NCBI RefSeq assembly: GCF_021378375.1
Contig: NZ_CP076228.1
Coordinates: 240,001-272,000, forward strand
Reading direction: 5' to 3'
Origin: Wolbachia endosymbiont of Drosophila innubila
GTDB lineage: Bacteria > Pseudomonadota > Alphaproteobacteria > Rickettsiales > Anaplasmataceae
Length of the DNA stretch: 32,000 nt
Positions 18,338-28,688 of this stretch are shown piece by piece. The notes below the pieces were generated by a model, which had not been told where the DNA came from, did no database searches, and was given only the letters and a program-made list of their open reading frames with translations. The position numbers and the translations under genes are program-made. Each line of letters begins with the position of its first letter. The stretch's first letter is position 1.

Positions 18338-18629
18338 AAACGCTAACTTGTATCTTCAAGAAGCAAGACATAATAGCTCTAAAATGTCTTGCAAGGAAAG
18401 GTAAAGCTGAACGCTAACTTATGCCAGAAAAATACCGTCTTGTTTGCCTTTTTGAGTAGTATCATCTTATTTTTCCTGTAAATTTTGTTTATAACGCCTA
18501 AGATTTACGATATTTTAATCCCGGTAGAATATCTTATAAAATCAGATTATATGTTATACCTATGGAAATAGATAACTTTCAGCAATATTACAACCAAGAA
18601 GAAATGAAGACAGTAACATTAGCTCAAAT

Positions 18630-19016
18630 TTATAAAGACTTGGTAATAAAGATATTCGATATAGCCACAAGCAAAATGTAAGCTACTATTAATGGTATTA
18701 TGGAAATAGCACCAACGATACCACCTACTATACCTACTACCAGAGGTGACGGAGTAGTAAGGCTTAATATAATAAGTGGGAGAGATATAATTGATAGTAT
18801 TATAGAAATTACACCTACTGTTTTCAGAAGAGATAGAAATCCTTTTGAATCTAAGTGTTCTTTAATTCCCTTAAATAATATAAAGAAAATGCTTATACAC
18901 ATTATAGCACAAAGTATTACTGCTGCTATTTTTATTATAGCTGCTGCTATAAGTGCTGCTAAATAAGCTATATTCATTGCAATTATCACACACCATAATA
19001 AAAAAGTCAACTCCAT
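18630..19016 (-). CDS. Hypothetical small polytopic membrane protein
   Basis: ORF is open to 19130, but the Met at 19016 (MELTFLLWCVII..) avoids overlap with the MFS gene. About 4 very hydrophobic I/L/A-rich helices. No family recognised. Confidence 0.45.
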   Translation of the reverse strand: MELTFLLWCVIIAMNIAYLAALIAAAIIKIAAVILCAIMCISIFFILFKGIKEHLDSKGFLSLLKTVGVISIILSIISLPLIILSLTTPSPLVVGIVGGIVGAISIIPLIVAYILLVAISNIFITKSL

Positions 19017-19075
19017 ATGTTTAGGTTGTAAAATCCCAAAAAGCAGCCAGAATAGAATAAGCAAACATTTACGAA

Positions 19076-20347
19076 TTGAATTTAGTGCAAACAAGGGTGT
19101 TGATATCAACCATACTCTGCAGAATCGCAATATGGTATGACTACATGCTTTTTATTGATTTGATTAACATAATCAGCAGAGAGTTTTGTTTTGCAAAAGA
19201 TGTCTACAGTAACATACTGCAATTATTTGGAATTGTAGGGCTAGGTGCAATTGTAAGGCCACTTGGTGCATTCATATTTGGTCACGTTGGTGACAGGTAT
19301 GGAAGGAGGATAGCATTAATAATTACTATCTTGCTAATATCGATACCATCAAGTCTCATTGCATTTATTCCAAGTCACAATCAAGTAGGTATAATTTCTA
19401 CTATATTGCTTCTTGCAATCCATATAACACAAGGAATTGCACTTGGTGGTGAACAAGGAAGTTCTGTTTATCTTATAGAGCATTTATCCAGTAGGAAAGA
19501 GAACTTAGGGATGTATTTTGGAATGATGGGTTTTGGTCGCTCCATTGGCGTCTTGCTTTCTGCGGTGATAGTGATTATCTGCAAAAAAACTACTGATTTT
19601 TGTACCTGGGGTTGGAGATTGCCATTTATTTTCTCAGCTATTTTAGGATTAATTAGCGCGTATAGCATATACACATTGGGAGAAACTCCAGCATATGAAA
19701 AAAATCGAAAACAAAGAAATTTACCTGATTTGCCAATAATAGAGCTTATAAAACGCCACAAGAGAGCTCTTATACTTGCTATTTTAATATCTGTACCTGT
19801 TAATGTTGCTGTTGGATTTACCATATTTCTTCGAACTCTCGCAAAGGAAATAGCATCAGTGGATGTTTATGTAACAACATATATCAACGAAATTGTATTG
19901 ATTATAACCAGTGTATTAATGCCGATATCTTCAATAGCGTTTGGAATGTTGGCTGATAAAGTTGGAAAAGAGCGCACTGCAATCTTATTTATAGCAATTA
20001 CAATGGCACTGTGTTGTCCTGCGTTATCTATTGCATATTACTATAAAAATTATCTTGTGATTGCGTTGAGCGTAATGGTTCTCTCTATAATAGAAAGGGG
20101 TATAGTTCCCATAGGAATAGTTGCATCTGAACTCTTTCCTACCAATGTTAGATTTAGTGGTGTGAGCTTATCACGCAATATCTCTTATGCGTTACATGGA
20201 GGATTTACTCCTATGGTTTGTATTTGGTTGACTGTAACATTTCCTCAAACAAACCTTGCTGCTGGGCTTTATATAGTCTTCTGCTTGTTGATCAGTGTGG
20301 TAGCAATATTGCAAATAAAACCGCAAGATAAAAATTTTGATTTGTGA
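19076..20347 (+). CDS. MFS transporter (ProP/metabolite:H+ symporter-like)
   Basis: 12-TM-like profile with the W/EWYDY motif near TM1 (IAIWYDYMLF) and the MFS loop motif GHVGDRYGRR between TM2 and TM3. Non-ATG start (TTG 19076, or GTG 19085). Confidence 0.85.
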   Translation: MNLVQTRVLISTILCRIAIWYDYMLFIDLINIISREFCFAKDVYSNILQLFGIVGLGAIVRPLGAFIFGHVGDRYGRRIALIITILLISIPSSLIAFIPSHNQVGIISTILLLAIHITQGIALGGEQGSSVYLIEHLSSRKENLGMYFGMMGFGRSIGVLLSAVIVIICKKTTDFCTWGWRLPFIFSAILGLISAYSIYTLGETPAYEKNRKQRNLPDLPIIELIKRHKRALILAILISVPVNVAVGFTIFLRTLAKEIASVDVYVTTYINEIVLIITSVLMPISSIAFGMLADKVGKERTAILFIAITMALCCPALSIAYYYKNYLVIALSVMVLSIIERGIVPIGIVASELFPTNVRFSGVSLSRNISYALHGGFTPMVCIWLTVTFPQTNLAAGLYIVFCLLISVVAILQIKPQDKNFDL

Positions 20348-20387
20348 AAGTTCTCAGTTTTCTCTTAGATTTATACCGTAACCTAAA

Positions 20388-20795
20388 TTAGGTCCTTAGT
20401 TTCTCAAAAAAATCCTTTAACAAAAAAGAGCATTCTATTTCTAATATCCCACCATAAACTTCAGGTATATGGCTGCAAAATTGAAATATCTTAGCACCAT
20501 TTTCAATTCCTCCACCTTTTGGATTATAAGCTCCAAAGTACAATCGTTTAATTCTGGCAAAGGAAATAGCTTGAGCACACATCGGACATGGTTCTAATGT
20601 TACGTACATATCAGCATCACAAAGCGTGGGAGTTGAAAATGCTTGTCTGATCGCTAACATCTCTGCATGTGCAGTTGGATCGCTGGATATATTGTGTGCA
20701 GAAGAAATGATATTGTCTCCACTCACTATTACAGCACCTATGGGCACCTCATCATTTTTTTGAGCGAGTTTGGCTTGCTCTATGGCAAGCTCCAT
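20388..20795 (-). CDS. tadA: tRNA-specific adenosine deaminase
   Basis: CMP/dCMP deaminase zinc motifs HAEMLAI and PCPMCAQA. The Met at 20795 (MELAIEQAK..) matches TadA N-termini. The upstream part of the ORF (to 20915) overlaps pyrG and is not expected to be coding. Confidence 0.9.
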   Translation of the reverse strand: MELAIEQAKLAQKNDEVPIGAVIVSGDNIISSAHNISSDPTAHAEMLAIRQAFSTPTLCDADMYVTLEPCPMCAQAISFARIKRLYFGAYNPKGGGIENGAKIFQFCSHIPEVYGGILEIECSFLLKDFFEKLRT

Positions 20796-20820
20796 ATATT
20801 GATACTTAAACACTAGGCAC

Positions 20821-22745
<1,925 letters not shown>

Positions 22746-22889
22746 TATAGATAGGGCTGAAAATAAAAATCTTAGCAGTACAAAGCACGTAAGTCAAGAA
22801 CATCTGTCACCCAAATAACTTGAAATCTAAGTATGTATTTACTGCTTACCTTATTTTGATTAACATATGCATAAGACTTTGGGCTTAAT

Positions 22890-23405
22890 ATGTATCACAT
22901 TTTAAAATATAAAGATTATGAACCAAAAATAGACGAAAGTGCTTTCATCGCAGGTGGTTCGCATATCATAGGTAAGGTTGAAATAGGAAGAGATGCAAGC
23001 ATCTGGTTTAATTGTGTAATCAGAGGGGACGTTGGATCAATAAAAATAGGTAATGGAACAAATATTCAAGATGGAACGGTAATTCATGTGGATAGAAACC
23101 CAGGTGGTGACACAATTATTGGCAGCATGGTAACAGTGGGACATTTTTGTGTGTTGCACGCATGCACGGTGCATGATAAGGCGTTTATTGGTATGGGCTC
23201 TACCGTGATGGACCATGCAGTTGTGGAGCCTGAAGCTATGGTAGCTGCTGGCTCACTGGTAACACACGGAAAAGTGATAAAAAGTGGGGAAATATGGGCT
23301 GGCAGGCCAGCAAAATTCTTCAAAAAAATGTCGAATGAAGAAATTAAACATATTACACAATCAGCACAAAATTATATTATGCTAATGAAGGAATATAAAA
23401 ACTGA
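22890..23405 (+). CDS. Gamma-carbonic-anhydrase-like / hexapeptide-repeat (LbH) protein, YrdA/PaaY type
   Basis: 171 aa. Left-handed beta-helix hexapeptide repeats with the conserved IWFNCVIRGD, IQDG.V.H and GH..VLH blocks. Confidence 0.88.
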   Translation: MYHILKYKDYEPKIDESAFIAGGSHIIGKVEIGRDASIWFNCVIRGDVGSIKIGNGTNIQDGTVIHVDRNPGGDTIIGSMVTVGHFCVLHACTVHDKAFIGMGSTVMDHAVVEPEAMVAAGSLVTHGKVIKSGEIWAGRPAKFFKKMSNEEIKHITQSAQNYIMLMKEYKN

Positions 23406-23411
23406 AGTTCG

Positions 23412-23434
23412 CGTCAAGTGTTTTACTTGACACG
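23412..23434. terminator. Hairpin between convergent genes (possible bidirectional terminator)
   Basis: gtcaagt (23413-23419) pairs with acttgac (23425-23431) around the loop gtttt. It lies in the 50-bp gap between convergent stops. There is no strong U-tract, so this is weak. Confidence 0.3.
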
Positions 23435-23455
23435 TACATTTCGGCTTAACCCTTG

Positions 23456-24193
23456 TTACTTCTTTTTCCCATTCTCATTTACTTCTTGTGCTTTTGCCCC
23501 ATCTACTTGAGTACTAAGTAATACTGCATATGTAATACCACCGGCTACGAGTGCAGATGCTACTGCTATACCAATCATTACTAACATCTCTAACTTAACT
23601 GTACGTTTAAGTGCAGTAAATGCTATCAGTCCAGCAGCAAGACCCATACCAACAGTAGCAGTGTACCGTGCTCCATTGCCTTGTTTTGGTTGCTCAGTTG
23701 TTTTGCTTTTATCTTCTAGTTTTCTATTTTTCTCCTCAGCTTCAGTCAATCGATTTTGTAAGTCTTTTATTTCATCCTTTTTGGCTTTTAACTGCTCTTT
23801 TGCAGCTTTCAATTCTGTTATTTTAACATTTTTCTCTTCTAACAATTGTACTGTGGGATGGCAAGATAGGGTTTTTACCATAATCTCCTTTTCCTCATCG
23901 TTAAGGTGTAACAGACTTTTCATTTTTTTGTGGTTAGTAAAATATTCGTTACCCTTTACCCCAACGGATTTTACATTTATGGTTACATTATCTCCTCCTA
24001 GTCCTTCTTGAGGATAAAAACCAGTAATATATAGTTGTTGATCATTTAGCGTACAATAAAACTTGTCATCAATTATAGTACCATCCCTATCTACGTCTTT
24101 ATACTTTTTGAATTCTTTATGATCATCTTTTCCTATAACAAGCACTATTTTACTTCTGTTAACCTTTATTGTACCACCCTTTAAGCTTAGCAT
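23456..24193 (-). CDS. Hypothetical tail-anchored coiled-coil protein
   Basis: ATG at 24193 (the ORF track starts at TTG 24205). Globular N-domain, then a K/E-rich heptad region (ELKAAKEQLKAKKDEIKDLQNRLTEAEEKNRKLE), two C-terminal TM helices and a basic tail. No family recognised. Confidence 0.6.
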   Translation of the reverse strand: MLSLKGGTIKVNRSKIVLVIGKDDHKEFKKYKDVDRDGTIIDDKFYCTLNDQQLYITGFYPQEGLGGDNVTINVKSVGVKGNEYFTNHKKMKSLLHLNDEEKEIMVKTLSCHPTVQLLEEKNVKITELKAAKEQLKAKKDEIKDLQNRLTEAEEKNRKLEDKSKTTEQPKQGNGARYTATVGMGLAAGLIAFTALKRTVKLEMLVMIGIAVASALVAGGITYAVLLSTQVDGAKAQEVNENGKKK

Positions 24194-24355
24194 AACGAAC
24201 CTCAATTATAATTTAACATTATATAATACCCTTAGAACCTAAGGTTAAGTAATACCTTTATCATAGCATAGAAATTTATGTTTATAAACAAAAAATTTTG
24301 GCGTAAAATTGCCGTAATTGTGCTATAGCTAAAGTAATTTAGGTTTACTGACCAT

Positions 24356-24407
24356 CGTCATTCCGCTGCTTGTTAGCGGGATCTAGAGATACCGCGGCGG
24401 TATGACG
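24356..24407 (+). repeat. Double-hairpin palindromic element, same family and orientation as 10936-10986
   Basis: cgtcattccgctgcttgttagcgggatctagagataccgcggcggtatgacg, located 35 bp upstream of the valS ATG. The flanking 'gctatagctaaagtaatttaggtttac' also resembles 10874-10910. Confidence 0.85.
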
Positions 24408-24441
24408 TTGCTAGCTTAAAGTTTAAAATTGAGAAATATTT

Positions 24442-27036
24442 ATGTTAAAAGAAAAATACGGCTTTAAAGAAGTTGAAGACAAATGCAACATATTGTGGGA
24501 AGGCAGTAAAGTTTACAGGTGGAATGGTGAAAAGGATAACACTTTCACTATAGACACACCTCCACCGACAATATCGGGTAAATTGCATATTGGCCATATA
24601 TTTAGCTATTGCCACACGGACTTTATTGCAAGGTTTCAGCGCATGCTGGGAAAAGATGTGTTTTACCCAATTGGGTTTGATGATAATGGGCTTCCCACTG
24701 AAAGATTGGTTGAGCAAACCTATAAAACCCGCGCAAAAGAAGTTGGCAGGGAAAAATTTATAGAGATGTGCCATGAGGTTATTGAAAAATCAAAGCAAGA
24801 ATTCAAGGAATTATTTAAATCGGTCGGCATTAGTTATGACTGGGATTTGGAATATCACACGATCAGCAAGGAAACTGTGACGCTTTCACAGATGTCGTTT
24901 ATTGATCTATATAATAAAGGGTATGCATATAGAAAAATGCAGCCCATCCTTTGGGACCCGGTTGATAAAACAGCAATTGCGCAAGCAGAAATAGAAGATA
25001 AAGTTTTTGAGTCATCCTTAAATACGATAGTTTTCTCTACTGAAGAAAATGAGCAGATCAACATTGCAACTACGCGACCTGAGTTACTTCCAGCATGTGT
25101 TGCAGTTTTTTGTCATCCAGAGGATGCGCGCTACACCCATCTGATCGGAAAAACAGCCGTGGTGCCGATCACAGAGACAAAAGTTCCAATAATAGCTGAT
25201 GATAAGGTTAAAATAGATAAAGGCACTGGGCTTGTTATGTGCTGTACGTTTGGTGATGAACTCGACATATATTGGCAGCAAAAGCATAATCTACCGATGA
25301 AAATTATCATCGATCAGGATGGGAGGATGAGCCTTCATTCAGTACATGGTCAGAAGGAAGAAATATGGATCCCAGTGTCTAGGCACTGGGATGACACCAT
25401 AGGGGCTACTGGGATGACAGGAGAAAGGGCTACTCAGATGACAAAGGAAGGTGGGTGTGATCAGAAAGAAGAATGGATCCCAGTGTCAGCTACTCGGATG
25501 ACAGACGATATACTAAATGAAATAAATGGATTGAAAGTTACAGCAGCAAGAAAGCGGATAATCGAAATCCTAACTGAAAAAGGACTTTTGGTAGAAAGCA
25601 CTAACATTTCTCATTCTGTTAAGTGTGCAGAAAGATCTGGTGCACCACTTGAGATATTGCCTACTTATCAATGGTTTATCAAGACCTTAGAGCAAAAAGC
25701 TCAAGTATTAGATAAAGTAAAAGAATGCAATTGGCACCCAAGCAATATGCGTAAACGCATGGAAGTGTGGATAGAAGGGCTAAATTGGGACTGGTGCATC
25801 TCAAGGCAGCGCTATTTTGGTGTGCCATTTCCAGCGTGGTATTCCAAGCGTAAAGGAGAAGAGGGCAAAATCATCCTAGCTGAAATAAAGGCCCTACCTA
25901 TAGATCCATCGAAAGATTTACCAAAAGGGTATAGCAAAGAAGAGATTATCCCAGATCAAGATGTAATGGATACTTGGGCCACAAGTTCAATTACTCCTCA
26001 ACTAAGTGCACTGGCAGTAAACAGTGAGTTTAGCTTACCAAATCATCGCTATGATACGATATTTCCTGCAGATCTGCGCAGCCAGAGCCATGAGATAATA
26101 AGAACTTGGGCTTTTTATACTATTTTAAAGGCACATTATCATGCAAATTCTTTACCTTGGAAAAACATTATGATCAGCGGTTGGTGTTTAGCAGATGATA
26201 AGAAAAAGATGAGTAAATCAAAGGGTAACATCATCACTCCTCATGTAATACTTGAAATTTATGGAGCTGATGTAGTGCGCTATTGGGCAGCGAACTCAAG
26301 GCTTGGAGTTGATACAGTCTACTCTGAAAATACATTCAAAATTGGCAAGCGCCTCGTTACAAAACTTTGGAACGCTAGCAAGTTCGTTTCCATGTTCATG
26401 GAAAAGCATCAAGTGATGAGCATAAATTCTGCTCACGAGACAATGGATAAGTGGATATTGTCTAAGTTATACAAAGTTATAGAAAGAGCAACAAATAACC
26501 TATTACAGTTTGAATACTGCGAAGCTTTGGGCGCAATAGAGGAATTTTTTTGGAAGGATTTTTGTGATAGTTACTTGGAGTTAGTAAAAAAACGTGCGTA
26601 CGGAAGCAGTGAAGCAACCTTAAGTGCAAAACAAAGCTTGGCGTATGTGTTAAATGTTATTTTGCGGTTATTTGCACCTTTCTTGCCATACATTACAGAA
26701 GAGATATACCACCAGTTGTATAGTTATAATTCTGTACACAATCAAAGTAATTGGCCAAGCAAAGAAGAACTTATCTACGATAAATATTCAGAGGAAATGG
26801 GAGATAATGTTATTCAGATATTAAACATTATCAGAAAGATAAAGGCAGATAATAATGTATCAGTTAAGCATCTGATAAAAAAGTTGATGATAAAAGCAGA
26901 TCTACGAGAGGATAAGTTGGATCAATCCGCACAGAATGATTTGCAGGCAGTTTGCAATGCGGAAACGATAGAGTGGATGCAGTCTGAGCTTGAAACTGAA
27001 GACGAGAAATACATAGTGAATATAGATTTATATTGA
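24442..27036 (+). CDS. valS: Valine--tRNA ligase (Rickettsiales/archaeal-type), carrying an in-frame repeat insertion
   Basis: Class I aaRS HIGH motif (GKLHIGHIFSY) and KMSKS (KMSKSKGN). Editing-domain and anticodon-binding blocks are typical of ValRS. 864 aa. Confidence 0.94.
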   Translation: MLKEKYGFKEVEDKCNILWEGSKVYRWNGEKDNTFTIDTPPPTISGKLHIGHIFSYCHTDFIARFQRMLGKDVFYPIGFDDNGLPTERLVEQTYKTRAKEVGREKFIEMCHEVIEKSKQEFKELFKSVGISYDWDLEYHTISKETVTLSQMSFIDLYNKGYAYRKMQPILWDPVDKTAIAQAEIEDKVFESSLNTIVFSTEENEQINIATTRPELLPACVAVFCHPEDARYTHLIGKTAVVPITETKVPIIADDKVKIDKGTGLVMCCTFGDELDIYWQQKHNLPMKIIIDQDGRMSLHSVHGQKEEIWIPVSRHWDDTIGATGMTGERATQMTKEGGCDQKEEWIPVSATRMTDDILNEINGLKVTAARKRIIEILTEKGLLVESTNISHSVKCAERSGAPLEILPTYQWFIKTLEQKAQVLDKVKECNWHPSNMRKRMEVWIEGLNWDWCISRQRYFGVPFPAWYSKRKGEEGKIILAEIKALPIDPSKDLPKGYSKEEIIPDQDVMDTWATSSITPQLSALAVNSEFSLPNHRYDTIFPADLRSQSHEIIRTWAFYTILKAHYHANSLPWKNIMISGWCLADDKKKMSKSKGNIITPHVILEIYGADVVRYWAANSRLGVDTVYSENTFKIGKRLVTKLWNASKFVSMFMEKHQVMSINSAHETMDKWILSKLYKVIERATNNLLQFEYCEALGAIEEFFWKDFCDSYLELVKKRAYGSSEATLSAKQSLAYVLNVILRLFAPFLPYITEEIYHQLYSYNSVHNQSNWPSKEELIYDKYSEEMGDNVIQILNIIRKIKADNNVSVKHLIKKLMIKADLREDKLDQSAQNDLQAVCNAETIEWMQSELETEDEKYIVNIDLY
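25367..25503 (+). repeat. Palindromic-element-derived repeat array embedded in the valS reading frame
   Basis: ggatcccagtgtctaggcactgggatgaca (25367-25396) differs at only 2 of 28 positions (an adjacent dinucleotide) from the reverse complement of the intergenic palindrome 14707-14734. ggatcccagtgtc recurs at 25474. Units of the form (c)tact(g/c)(g/a)gatgaca occur 4 times. The array is translated as ..WIPVSRHWDDTIGATGMTGERATQMT..EEWIPVSATRMTDD.. Confidence 0.85.
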
Positions 27037-27102
27037 TTTTTATAGCTTTACTTCCTTTAATATCCATGCTATTGTAATCATTATTAGTATGAGGGAATAA
27101 TA

Positions 27103-27260
27103 ATGGGGGATTTATATAATAAAGCCAATGCACCGTATCTTATAGCTGGTGCTCTTGCTACTTTGGTATTGCTTGCGTCTGGGACACTTGCCGTTGCCCC
27201 TTATGTTGAGTTCTTGTCTTCAGTTGCAGCCTTTAATGTAGCTCTTCCTGTTGCTTTGAG
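27103..27260 (+). pseudogene. 5' fragment of an IS-disrupted membrane-anchored coiled-coil (-AAA) gene
   Basis: N-terminus MGDLYNKANAPYLIAGALATLVLLAS.. is paralogous to the N-terminus of the 30222-31544 protein (MSNLLSEANTFYFIASSLATLTLLTS..). The reading frame runs into the IS end at 27261. Confidence 0.8.
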
Positions 27261-28688
27261 CATACGCGTCAAGTTAAGAGATTGTAAGTAAATTCAGGGA
27301 AGTTAAGGTAGATACTCTAGTTTTTCTGTACTTGTCTTTTAATGAAAATCGAGACCAAGTTATGGTAAGCTTTTTAAGAAAAACTTTCAAACTATTAACT
27401 TTATTCTTTAGTGCTAAAAATAACTCTATAACCCGCCTTTTTAGCTCAATAAATGCCTTTGTTAAGCTAAGTTCTGTATTCTTTTTCACTTCTGTGCAAC
27501 CAACTATGCCGTGAAATATAAGAATTGCGCACAATTTAGCATATAGTTCACATAATACTCTGCATGGCTTTCCTTTTAGCTTATCAAGTCTGATATGGCT
27601 TTTATACAATTTAAATAATAACTCAATTTGCCACCTTACTCTGTAAATCGTTAATACTTGCTCAGCACTAATTTTATTTTCTGGAACATTAGTTATAAAT
27701 ATTGACCAGTTCAACAATTTTTGATTTCTTTTAGAGGATGTATATCCCTGCGATCTTGCTAATCTATTAGCTTTCCTTCTTCTGGCCATAGACTGTTCTT
27801 CAGTTAGTTTCTGACATATAATTCTTACTCTAATTTTTGCTTCTTTTCCTAACAATACCTCGTTTTCTAAAAATAACTTATCCTCTAAACATTCTAATAA
27901 CTCCATTTTTGATTTGTTTCTACATCATATATGTTGGTATCGGATTTATAACGACTTATGAAATAAGCTCCTATTTCATTGATTTGTTTAAAAGAACTTG
28001 GCACAAAATAACCGAGATCAGATATTAGCAAATCATTGCTTAATATATTACTTAAATGTTTCCTATATCCCTGGTCTGATCTTACTCCCTCCGTTAAATT
28101 AAGTTGGTCTATTATCTGATTCATGTAGTCGAAAACTAATTGTAACTTTATTCCAGATTTAGTATTGCTTTCATAGCCACTGTAGCTAGTACCATAACCT
28201 TTATACATCTCTTCCATACTGTTAGGTAGAGTAATATAGCTACTGTCCAATAATTTAACACTATTAAATTGCTGTAAGATTTTGCAATCAACTTGCAAGA
28301 TATTTTTGAAGAGAAGCACAGATTCATTATACATCCTTTTCATAAATTCCACTGCTTCTTCAGTAAATCTAAAATCCAAACCTTGTTTTGTTATATCTAT
28401 CGAGTCCTCGTTTAGTAATTGACACATTGTTTCTACGCTACAATTATCAACCCCTATATTACCCAAGACCATGGCTTTTACGAACGATGAACCTTTTAGC
28501 TTTCTTTTTTTTATAAACCTTGTTGTAATTGAGATTTTGTCTGCTTTTTTCATTAAAAATTCTTTGAGCTTTTTGATAAGCTAGTTATTTTATTCATTGG
28601 TTCTCTCACTAAAAGTATTTCTGGGAGAACTTATACCTTATTATTCTATCTCTTTCATACCTTTATTTCCTTAACTTGACGCGTATGG
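27261..28688 (-). mobile_element. IS4-family insertion sequence, 1428 bp
   Basis: 18-bp perfect terminal inverted repeats: CATACGCGTCAAGTTAAG at 27261-27278 and its reverse complement at 28671-28688. Flanked by the 11-bp direct repeat GTTGCTTTGAG (27250-27260 and 28689-28699). Encodes a DDE transposase. Confidence 0.92.
27274..28553 (-). pseudogene. IS4-family DDE transposase, split into two ORFs by a 1-nt frameshift
   Basis: N-terminal ORF 27894-28553 (..LLDSSYITLP.., LLISDLGYF) and C-terminal ORF 27274-27906 (YRVRWQIELLFKLYKS, the Y-2-R-3-E-6-K signature) overlap by 13 nt at an A5 run (minus strand caaaaatgg, 27906-27910). One extra A would fuse them. Confidence 0.85.
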
